A stretch of DNA of 11,879 bases, taken from Chthonomonadales bacterium. Lineage in GTDB: Bacteria; Armatimonadota; Chthonomonadetes; Chthonomonadales; Chthonomonadaceae. The DNA lies in contig JBBQPO010000191.1 of assembly GCA_038217285.1 (NCBI GenBank), forward strand, positions 1 to 11,879. The letters are read 5' to 3'. A program made the position numbers and the translations under genes. The notes under the pieces were generated by a model that was not told the DNA's origin, made no database searches, and was given only the letters and a program-made list of their open reading frames with translations. Below are positions 1 to 7,313 of the stretch, in pieces (positions within the stretch are counted from its first letter, which is position 1; every line of letters starts with the position of its first letter).

Positions 1-105
1 GCCCTCTACCATGACGGCCTTGTGCTGGAAGACAAAGACGCCCATGTCCGCATCGAGATCCTCGGGCGCACCGGCAAAGCCTTCCGCCTCCGTGTCACCC
101 GCTGA
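1..105 (+). CDS. 3' end of an unidentified protein (partial, runs off window start)
   Basis: Frame 1 is open from base 1 to TGA 103-105 (ALYHDGLVLEDKDAHVRIEILGRTGKAFRLRVTR*). Nearly all third positions are G/C. It converges on the next gene across a 21-bp gap. It is not in the ORF track because no start lies in the window. Confidence 0.75.
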   Translation, partial: ALYHDGLVLEDKDAHVRIEILGRTGKAFRLRVTR

Positions 106-126
106 TCGATCCGCACAGGCTTTCGA

Positions 127-1758
127 TCAAGGCTGTTTCCATTCCAGAATCTGGTGGGCCGCTTCCAGGCGGGGACGCAGTTTCCGGTAGTCCACATCCT
201 GCACGGCGATGTTGTCGGTCAGGGCGATGTCGGCGGCCAGCGCCGCCGACTGCCCCAGGATCATAAAGACCGGCTCCATGCGGATCGAACCGTAGGCGAT
301 ATGGGAGGCGGCGAGGCAGACCGGCACGAGCAGGTTGGCGCACTCGGCCTTCTTCGGCACGATCGCGCGGTAGGCGATGGGATAGGGCGGCATGCCCCCG
401 ACCTGCACATCGCCTTCATTCCAGACGCGCCCGTCTCGCACGAACCGCTGGCAGTTGTGGGAGTCCATCGTATAGGCCGCCAGCCCTATCGAATCGGGAA
501 CAACGCGTTCGCCTCGGCAGTCGGCTTCGGTCATCACGTAATTGCCCACCATGCGCCGCGCCTCTCGGACATAGAGTTGCGGCGGCCACCCGCCCGTCTC
601 GGGGAACTCATCACGACACAGCCCGAACGTGTTCATTTTTGCGCGGATCGGTTCGGGAACGGTGGGATCGTTGGCGAGAAACCAGGCCCAGCCCTGCTCG
701 TAGACGACATGGGCACGGAAAATCTGCTCGCGCGTTCGGTAGTCGGCTTCCGGCCAGGCGTAGTTTTGCCCAATGAAGTCGGTAGAGACAGCCCCGTGAT
801 TGTTCGTATCCGTCTTATAATTCTGGACAGGGTCAAATTTCTGAAATACCTGATTCCAACTGGTGGCGAGGTAGCGCGCCAACAGCAGATACTGCGACGG
901 ATCGTAGCCTTCCGGTTTCAAAAATGGCAGTCTGTTGTTCGCTGCCGTCGCCATACAGAGCCGGAAGTTGTAGGCCTGAATGCGTTTGTCGCCTGTGCCG
1001 TTCGGGGCAGCAGGCACCGAGTTCACGCCGGGCAGCAGGCCGCTCGCCGGGTCTCCCACGCGCACATAGGGGTCTACTACTGCGTCGAACTGGTGCTTCG
1101 TGCGGGTCTGCGCGCCGTTCAGGGTCTCGCCATAGACCGTGTTGCTTTCGCGCCCCACGATGTAGTGGACTTTCGCCTGCGCCATCAAGTCGCCTTCGTA
1201 AGTCGCGTCCACGAAATACCGCGCCCGTACATTGAGGCCGCTTTCGGTGAGGAGAGCCACGATCCGGTTACCCTGCTTCTGCACGCTATGCAGATACTCT
1301 TTCGAGTAGACCGTCACAGCCGCCTCTTTGAGCATTGCGGCGTAAACTTCCTCGGCAATATGCGGCTCGAATCGCCACTCCTCTTCCTTCCCGTACTTCT
1401 GCCCGACCCGATGGTAGAACTCCCGTGACATCCCGCCGATGGCGGCTTTGTTGCCGATGTCGGTGTTACTCAGTCCGCCGGTCGTCATGCCGCCGAGGTG
1501 TGCCGAGGGTTCTATCAGCACGACTTTACGTCCCAGTCGGCTCAACTGCACGGCGGTGATGATGCCGCAGGAGGTGCCGCCATAGATGCAGACATCGACA
1601 CGGAGCGTACGCTTCACCACCTTTTCCGGCGGGAAGTAGTAGTGCAGGTTCGCATGGAGCGGCGTGGTCATGACAGTCTCCTTCGGAGCGGCAGTAACTT
1701 CCTGCGCGGTCACCGGTCCGGACAGGGTCATGCCGAGAATTACGCACTGCCAGCCCAT
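127..1758 (-). CDS. FAD-dependent oxidoreductase (FAD_oxidored/PF12831-like; often annotated xanthan-lyase-like)
   Basis: Rossmann FAD motif DVCIYGGTSCGIITA, plus HLGGMTTGGL, FVDATYEGDL, LYVREARRMVG and SHIAYGSIRMEPVFM. The ORF is open to 1962, but the likely start is ATG 1758 (GGAG just upstream; MGWQCVILGMTLSGPVTAQ is signal-like) or a later Met. The start is uncertain. Confidence 0.88.
   Translation of the reverse strand: MGWQCVILGMTLSGPVTAQEVTAAPKETVMTTPLHANLHYYFPPEKVVKRTLRVDVCIYGGTSCGIITAVQLSRLGRKVVLIEPSAHLGGMTTGGLSNTDIGNKAAIGGMSREFYHRVGQKYGKEEEWRFEPHIAEEVYAAMLKEAAVTVYSKEYLHSVQKQGNRIVALLTESGLNVRARYFVDATYEGDLMAQAKVHYIVGRESNTVYGETLNGAQTRTKHQFDAVVDPYVRVGDPASGLLPGVNSVPAAPNGTGDKRIQAYNFRLCMATAANNRLPFLKPEGYDPSQYLLLARYLATSWNQVFQKFDPVQNYKTDTNNHGAVSTDFIGQNYAWPEADYRTREQIFRAHVVYEQGWAWFLANDPTVPEPIRAKMNTFGLCRDEFPETGGWPPQLYVREARRMVGNYVMTEADCRGERVVPDSIGLAAYTMDSHNCQRFVRDGRVWNEGDVQVGGMPPYPIAYRAIVPKKAECANLLVPVCLAASHIAYGSIRMEPVFMILGQSAALAADIALTDNIAVQDVDYRKLRPRLEAAHQILEWKQP
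176..198. repeat. Direct repeat copy 1 (17 bp exact, 21/23 bp extended)
   Basis: TTCCGGTAGTCCACATC at 182-198 is identical to 1820-1836. It encodes part of DVDYRKLR on the - strand. Confidence 0.9.
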
Positions 1759-1813
1759 GCTCCACTGTCTCGCTCTTTTCACAATCCAGGGCAGGGGCGA
1801 AGTAGATCGTTGG

Positions 1814-1836
1814 CGCAACTTCCGGTAGTCCACATC
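1814..1836. repeat. Direct repeat copy 2
   Basis: CGCAACTTCCGGTAGTCCACATC versus CGCAGTTTCCGGTAGTCCACATC at 176-198. The offset is 1638 bp, in the same reading frame. Confidence 0.9.
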
Positions 1837-2171
1837 GAGCGTACCGTCTACTGCCAATGAAGTATCGTCTCGATTGGGATACCGATAGCGCACCGAAAGT
1901 GTGGGCAGATCGTTCCTTACCGCTGGTCCGATCTCTATTCTGCTGTCATTGTTTGTCGTCATGCCCCTCTGTTCGACAGGAACAGACGGTTCCCCTGCGG
2001 CCTTGGGAAATCATACAGAGGAGTGAAATCGGACGCGACCTGCTGACAGCAACTGTCTCCCGACGTCCGCGAGGCGTTTGCTCCGGTGAGGATCAAGCGA
2101 ATGTAATTCCCCCTTCACTGTAGAATAGGAACACGTCAGGGCCGAGCCACCTATACATCGAAAGGCAGCCA

Positions 2172-2972
2172 ATGAAACTATCTCATAGTACAATCCTGGG
2201 CCTGTTGATAGGAATCCTTCTCTATTACCTGGTGCCTGTACAGGCGGAAACGCTGCCACGATTTCATGAGCGTCTGACCTGGACAGCGCCGACAGGAAAC
2301 CGGTTGAGGGCGCATTACACTCTGGAATACTGGGCATCGTCGCGCCGGGCACAAGGGCCTAAGAATCTGGCAGAATGTCTACTGCGGACGCGCCTGACGC
2401 GGGTTATGGGTGGGCACAAGAGGGTGTGGCGAGACCATGACCTGTATCAAGAGCCCAATGCGGCAGCAATAGACGTTGCCGTCGCTATCCGGGTCCAGGG
2501 CCAGGAAGCGCCGCAAATCCTAGTGAAGCGAACGCGGGCGGATTGGGGAGACTATGGGCTCTATCGCGTAGACGAACATGGATTGAAGGAGACATTCGGA
2601 ATTTCGCATCGTGACGAAGGTTGCATCTGCTGGGTGTCGAAGCACGGCGTGCTTCAGCGCCTCGTGTTCTTCGACCGTTGGACTGCACAGAACAGACCAG
2701 GTGAACCGCCTGGTAAACGGCTGCAGGAGCGCGTGGTCTATCGCTATAACCTTACCCGGAAGACATGGCTGCCAGCATCTCGGCGCTGGGAACCCTATGT
2801 ATTCGACGATGGGAACGGCGGGCTTAAAAACCCTGTCTTCCAGAAACCGAGCGACTGTCCTTTCCACTGCAGGCTCTCTCACAACCGTTCCACCAACAAC
2901 GTAGCAAAGAGGAGGAGAACAGATCACCATTACTCTTTTCGATGGCTCGCCCGGTTGGGGCGACCGGCATAG
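2172..2972 (+). CDS. Hypothetical secreted/membrane-anchored protein
   Basis: 266-aa ORF with a signal-peptide-like N-terminus (MKLSHSTILGLLIGILLYYLVPVQA|ET) and AAAGG upstream. No family motif recognised, and the last ~40 aa look atypical. Confidence 0.6.
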   Translation: MKLSHSTILGLLIGILLYYLVPVQAETLPRFHERLTWTAPTGNRLRAHYTLEYWASSRRAQGPKNLAECLLRTRLTRVMGGHKRVWRDHDLYQEPNAAAIDVAVAIRVQGQEAPQILVKRTRADWGDYGLYRVDEHGLKETFGISHRDEGCICWVSKHGVLQRLVFFDRWTAQNRPGEPPGKRLQERVVYRYNLTRKTWLPASRRWEPYVFDDGNGGLKNPVFQKPSDCPFHCRLSHNRSTNNVAKRRRTDHHYSFRWLARLGRPA

Positions 2973-2993
2973 CGATAACTTTTCGGAGGGAAG

Positions 2994-3563
2994 ATGAACG
3001 AGAACCTGATACCCGAGGAACCGACGGCGTTCTCAGGATATGACAAGCTGCTCCAATCTGTGAAGGACCGGATACGCACGGCACAGGTCCGGGCGGCGCT
3101 GGCCGTCAATAGCGAACTGGTTCTGCTCTACTGGCAGATCGGCGGGGACATTTCCCGGCAGATGCGAGAGCAAGGTTGGGGAGCAAAATTTGTGGACCAG
3201 TTTGCCGCCGATCTGCGCCGGGAGTTTCCAGACATCAAAGGATTTTCGCCCCGAAACCTTCGCTACATGCGCTCGTTCGCCGAAGCCTAGCCGGAGGAGC
3301 CAATTTTGCAGCAGCTTGCTGCAAAAATACCCTGGGGCCACAACGTGCGGTTGCTCGACTACCTGAACACGGCGGAAGAGCGCCTCTGGTATGCTCGCCA
3401 GACAACAGAATATGGCTGGGGCCGCAATGTGTTGGTGCATCAGATAGAGAGCAAACTCTATCAGCGCCAGGGCAAGGCAATCACCAATTTCGAGAGGGCG
3501 CTGCCTTCTCCGCAATCAGACCTGGCCCACCAGTTGCTGAAGGATCCCTACAATCTCCTCTAG
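2994..3563 (+). pseudogene. yhcG: DUF1016/YhcG-family PD-(D/E)XK nuclease pseudogene (N-terminal domain only)
   Basis: AVNSELVLLYWQIG, GWGAK, GFSPRNLRYMR, IPWGHN and KDPY are DUF1016 hallmarks. An in-frame TAG at 3288-3290 sits where Trp is expected (AEA-W-PEE). The frame ends at TAG 3561-3563 just after KDPYNL, so the nuclease domain is absent. RBS GGAGGG precedes ATG 2994. Confidence 0.9.
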
Positions 3564-3574
3564 AAATTTGCGGT

Positions 3575-3594
3575 CCCGTCTTCTTGGTGACGGG
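3575..3594. terminator. Short hairpin between convergent genes, possible terminator
   Basis: CCCGTC-N8-GACGGG lies just downstream of the GH51 stop. There is no strong U tract. Confidence 0.3.
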
Positions 3595-3602
3595 TGGTTT
3601 CG

Positions 3603-5732
3603 TCATGGCTTCACGCTCGGAGGTGCGGCGTGGCGGTGCAGGGTGAAGACGGCGAGGGAGTGCGGCGGCAGGGTGGTTTGCCAGTTGGCGTGGGGCGCGT
3701 GGGGCCAGGGCGGGACCGGAAAGGGATGCGGGGCGACGGCATCGGGGTGTTCTAGGGTGTTGCGGGCCTGCGGGTCCGGAGCGGTGAGGAGTGTGGCGGT
3801 CAGAGACCTCACCACGAAGCCATCGAGTTGCAGTTTTAACGGGCGGGAGTCGGTTAGGTGTCGATTCACGGCGAAGACGACGAGGGTCTGCGCGTCGGCG
3901 GTCAGGGCGGCGAACACATCGACATCCGGCACATCGGCGACCGCTGGCAGGAAGCCGCGAGCCGGAACGTCCTGGCCCGGCCCGACCGCCGCCACCGCGA
4001 CGGGCGTGAGGATACCGGATGCGGCATAGAGCTGCTGTGTCCAGTACTGCGGGTCTACGATCACGACTCCTTCCGGTTTTTTGATGCCACCCCCGTGCAT
4101 AAACGCGGTCATGTTCGCCAGCGTCACGAGGTCGCTATGGCGCAGCATGGCGTTCAGCGCCAGGGCGTTGTAGATCGCTCCGGCCTGCGCGTCGTGGTTG
4201 GGGCCGTTCTGCCACCCGGCGCCGCCGACGATAAGGCCCCACTCTGTGACGGCGAGTTTCGTTTTGCCCTTCGCGCCGGGAACGGAGGCGATCAGCCGAG
4301 CCAGATCCGGAAGAAGCACTCTGTCGAGGAAGGCCGGATGCGCCATCGCGCTGGCATACTGGTCGGCGTACGAGAAGCTTTTCAGGTTGCCCGGAAGCGG
4401 TACCAGCGGATGAATGGAGAGATAGTCGGGAGCAGGGCGTTTATCGGTGACAGCGGCTTCGAGCAGGCGGCGGTTCCAGTCGGCGTCGTGGCGCAGGCCA
4501 TCGGGCATAAACTCGTCGCCCTTGCCGGTCGCGATCAGGCGCAGATGCGGGTCAGCCTGGAGCAGGGCGTCCCGGAACCGCACATAGCGGGCCGCATTGT
4601 CCGCTGCGACCGTATGCCCTATCTGCCAGGAGCCGTACAACTCGTTTCCGACCTCCCATAGCCGGACATCATAGGGCGCGGGATGGCCGTTGGCCGCGCG
4701 GCGTCGCCCCCAGACGTCGGTGGTGGCCGGGGCGTTGCAGTAGCGGACCCAGTCTGCGGCCTCTTCGGGCGTGCCGTCGCCGGCATTGACGGTAAGCTGC
4801 GGCTCGACATGGAGGCGGTGGCAGAACGCCAGGAACTCTTCTGTTCCGAAATGGTTGGGTTCGATGCCGCCCCAGGCGGCGTTGCGGCGGGTGGGGCGCT
4901 GCGCACGCGGCCCGATCCCGTCCTGCCAGTGATAGCCGCTCGCGAAGTTGCCGCCAGGCCAGCGGACGAGCGGCATGTGCCACTCCTGCGCCTTCCGCAG
5001 CACATCCGGGTCCATCCCCTGCAGGCTGTCGGCAGGAAAGATTTCAATCTGATCGATCTCCACCGCCCCGGCTCCGCTATGTTGGACTACAAAACGCGTC
5101 CGCTCGCCCTTTGCCACGCGTCCGGCGGGCAGCCTCAGCATCAGGCGGTGCGTTTGCCAGGCGGCTTCCGTGATCCTCTCCTCGCGTTGAAGATAGATCT
5201 CTCCCTGTTTTTTTGCGCCGATTCCCTGAATCGTCAGCGTGAGGGCGCTTTCCTGTGAGGCCAATGTAACCGTTCGGGCCGCGAACGTCAGCACATAGTC
5301 CCGCGTACGATGGGCGGGCAGAGAGACGTCCTGCATCAGGGCCGCCTTGCCTGCCATCCGTACACAACGCGCCGAGTTCCAGCCGCCTTCCTGCCACGTC
5401 GCTCCCTCCAGATGCCACGCCTGCGGCTCCGTGTCGCCCAGCTCGATGCGCTCCAGGTTCGGGTTGAGCAGCGCCTGCGCCCAGAGGCCAGGATAGACCA
5501 CATCCCCCAGATGCTCGATGAAGTTGCCGAAAACGTTGCGATCTATTGGCGCAGCGGCATGTCGTGCAGCATCGATGACGACGGATGTCCTGTGCTCCGG
5601 TGTGCTATCTGCCCGCGTATAAGCAAACAGGGGAGCCTCAGCCTGTCCAGCCACGTTTTTAGAGGCCGCTGCAAAAACCGGGGGCGCTGGGCTGGCTTGT
5701 GCAGGGGATGGCCCGGTCGAATCAAATAACAT
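3603..5732 (-). CDS. Glycoside hydrolase family 51, alpha-L-arabinofuranosidase-like, with inserted CBM-like domain
   Basis: FGNFIEHLG, RWPGGNFASGYHWQDGIGP, NHFGTEEF, acid/base motif WEVGNE, nucleophile motif AVTEW, RHSDLVTLAN, and a C-terminal LPPHS beta-sandwich motif. 709 aa; an in-frame stop shortly upstream of ATG 5732 bounds the start. Confidence 0.92.
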   Translation of the reverse strand: MLFDSTGPSPAQASPAPPVFAAASKNVAGQAEAPLFAYTRADSTPEHRTSVVIDAARHAAAPIDRNVFGNFIEHLGDVVYPGLWAQALLNPNLERIELGDTEPQAWHLEGATWQEGGWNSARCVRMAGKAALMQDVSLPAHRTRDYVLTFAARTVTLASQESALTLTIQGIGAKKQGEIYLQREERITEAAWQTHRLMLRLPAGRVAKGERTRFVVQHSGAGAVEIDQIEIFPADSLQGMDPDVLRKAQEWHMPLVRWPGGNFASGYHWQDGIGPRAQRPTRRNAAWGGIEPNHFGTEEFLAFCHRLHVEPQLTVNAGDGTPEEAADWVRYCNAPATTDVWGRRRAANGHPAPYDVRLWEVGNELYGSWQIGHTVAADNAARYVRFRDALLQADPHLRLIATGKGDEFMPDGLRHDADWNRRLLEAAVTDKRPAPDYLSIHPLVPLPGNLKSFSYADQYASAMAHPAFLDRVLLPDLARLIASVPGAKGKTKLAVTEWGLIVGGAGWQNGPNHDAQAGAIYNALALNAMLRHSDLVTLANMTAFMHGGGIKKPEGVVIVDPQYWTQQLYAASGILTPVAVAAVGPGQDVPARGFLPAVADVPDVDVFAALTADAQTLVVFAVNRHLTDSRPLKLQLDGFVVRSLTATLLTAPDPQARNTLEHPDAVAPHPFPVPPWPHAPHANWQTTLPPHSLAVFTLHRHAAPPSVKP

Positions 5733-5871
5733 GGCAGCTTGTCCGTTCTGTTTTCAGAGTGCGTATCGAGACATATAGAACCCTGCGCACATTACTCTCT
5801 CATTCGCCGCGACCTGCCCCGCGTCCTGCCGCTTTTGTAGATCCCTTGCGCGGACGGGGTGCTCTTTCAGG

Positions 5872-5877
5872 TACAAT
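5872..5877 (+). promoter_or_regulatory. Candidate sigma70 -10 hexamer (TACAAT)
   Basis: 5/6 match to TATAAT. The nearest TTG-type hexamer (TTGCGC 5846-5851) is 20 bp away, which is suboptimal spacing. Confidence 0.3.
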
Positions 5878-5940
5878 GAAGCGGCACGGTGGATGGCGCT
5901 CTGCTAGAAGAGCAGCCGCTGCAACCATGTGCGGGAGAGG

Positions 5941-5977
5941 GCAGAGGTTAAATAAACAACGAACCTCGTGCTTTTTT
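5941..5977 (+). terminator. Intrinsic terminator-like hairpin inside the prepilin upstream region
   Basis: GCA-GAGGTT (5941-5949) pairs with AACCTC-G-TGC (5962-5971), followed by T6 (5972-5977). The loop is 12 nt and A-rich. Confidence 0.4.
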
Positions 5978-6032
5978 GAACGCTCAATAGTTACGCAGTT
6001 TCCCAGTAACGGCTTCCACGAAGGTGAGGTTG

Positions 6033-6196
6033 CCAGGAACCGGATTGCGCCCGTTGGCTTTTAGAGCTAGCAGGCGCAAGTCCCCCATCGTTTATGGGGG
6101 AGCCGAATCATCCAGTCCTGGGTCTCGCGTTTCACGTTCGGCACTGCATGTTCCCGGCTACGGCGGTCACGACTGCCGGGTCATTCGGAACAGCAG
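6033..6196 (+). ncRNA. Candidate structured 5' leader / cis-regulatory RNA of unknown class
   Basis: Nested stems 6033-6038/6116-6121, 6045-6079 and 6081-6101, then a second domain 6144-6196. G-U pairs work on the + strand. No riboswitch family was recognised. Confidence 0.4.
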
Positions 6197-6221
6197 GCCT
6201 CACTCGGAGAAGGAGCCAATA

Positions 6222-7097
6222 ATGTATTCGCCTCGCAAGGGATTTACCCTGATCGAACTTCTTGTCGTCATCGCTATTATCGCCATTTTGGCGGCGATCC
6301 TCTTCCCTGTTTTTGCCCAAGCGCGCGGAAAAGCCCGTCAGATCGCCTGTCTGTCGAACACCAAGCAGATGAGTTCGTCGACCATTATGTACGTGCAGGA
6401 CTACGACGAGACCCTGCCCGGCTATCGCTTCAACGGCTCCGCAGGCTCCAACCTGAATCCGTATGCCAGCGATGCTCGCGTCGGCTCCGGCGCGAAAAAC
6501 GTCATCTTTATCAACCAACTGCTCAACCCTTACATCAAAAACAACGATGTCTGGAAATGCCCGTCTGGGATCAATCAGTGGGTCAACGTCGATGATAAGA
6601 CCGGCGCGACCGGCACCTTTCAGAGTTACGGCGGTGAGAACTCCTACGCGATGAGCAACTACCTGTTCCGGTCCAACTCCGGCCTCGCCATCGCAGCGAT
6701 CAGCGCCCCAGCCGATACGGTCGGTATGGTCGATGCCACTTACTACAACACCCTGCCGCACGGCCCCAGAACGGGCAGCGGCCCCTGTCGCCTCAAAGGC
6801 GAAACGTACGGAACGCCCACCTCTGCCGTAGATCCGACCACCAGTACCTACCCGTACTACTGGAAGAACATGGGCAACAGCACGTTTAACTTTACGGCGG
6901 GCAGCAACAACCCGGATGATGCCAGCAATGCGCAGGTGCTCACCAGCGGCAAAGCGCGTCACTCCGCCCAGCTCAATGTGATGTTCCTGGACGGGCACAG
7001 CAAGGCACAGCAGTACGATCGCCTGGTCTTCGATCCGGATCTGGTCACGGGCGGAACCTCGAGCATCTGGGATCCCTACAAGCAGGGCTGCCAGTAG
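6222..7097 (+). CDS. Prepilin-type N-terminal cleavage/methylation protein with DUF1559 and H-X9-DG domain
   Basis: RBS AGGAG at 6211-6215 and ATG at 6222. [35 protein letters not shown] is a type III signal with Glu5. CLSNTKQ..YVQDYDE, WKCPS and the C-terminal [12 protein letters not shown] (H-X9-DG) are present. The track's start at 6024 is over-extended. Confidence 0.95.
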   Translation: MYSPRKGFTLIELLVVIAIIAILAAILFPVFAQARGKARQIACLSNTKQMSSSTIMYVQDYDETLPGYRFNGSAGSNLNPYASDARVGSGAKNVIFINQLLNPYIKNNDVWKCPSGINQWVNVDDKTGATGTFQSYGGENSYAMSNYLFRSNSGLAIAAISAPADTVGMVDATYYNTLPHGPRTGSGPCRLKGETYGTPTSAVDPTTSTYPYYWKNMGNSTFNFTAGSNNPDDASNAQVLTSGKARHSAQLNVMFLDGHSKAQQYDRLVFDPDLVTGGTSSIWDPYKQGCQ

Positions 7098-7175
7098 ACC
7101 GCCTTGCTCTTTCCTACGGAGATGCGGGCCGTTTAATGCGTGCCCTCTCCGGTGGTTCGGCCTACACAACAGTAT

Positions 7176-7217
7176 AGACCCCTCTGAGCGCCTATCCTTA
7201 CGGTCTCAGTGGGGTCT
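7176..7217. repeat. Palindrome/hairpin between convergent genes (possible bidirectional terminator or REP-like element)
   Basis: AGACCCCTCTGAG ... CTCAGTGGGGTCT; the arms are 12/13 complementary with a 16-nt spacer. Confidence 0.65.
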
Positions 7218-7313
7218 GCCTTTGAGACTCTTCGGAACTCTTTTCAGCGGCGCTTACGCCTTTCCTGAGAGGGACTGAGTTGGCGCGGGAGTGTCGTAAT
7301 GCCTCGATTCCGG

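Noticed and set aside
154..1428. 424-aa + strand ORF
   Set aside because: It lies antisense to the oxidoreductase, a typical high-GC shadow ORF with no motifs.
3288..3290. Amber read-through or recoding (pyrrolysine or alternative code)
   Set aside because: TAG terminates the intact prepilin gene at 7097, the codon is one transition from TGG, and the gene is truncated anyway.
3568..5729. Several ORFs overlapping the GH51 gene (e.g. 3858-4661, 4683-5258)
   Set aside because: Shadow or alternative-frame ORFs of a GC-rich gene, with biased composition and no motifs.
6078..6105. Hairpin resembling an IS200/IS605 subterminal palindrome
   Set aside because: No tnpA/tnpB remnant or partner end is visible. 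It remains an alternative explanation for part of the leader structure.
6150..6185. Resemblance to the 3' half of a c-di-GMP-I riboswitch (CCGG-CTACGG...CACGACTGCCGGGT)
   Set aside because: The upstream GGCAAA, GNRA-loop hairpin and GCAAA elements are absent, so the call is not supportable without a covariance model.
6024..6221. N-terminal extension of the prepilin ORF
   Set aside because: A strong RBS precedes ATG 6222, which gives the short basic leader expected before G|FTLIE.
6132..7169. 345-aa - strand ORF
   Set aside because: Antisense shadow of the prepilin gene with no recognisable family.
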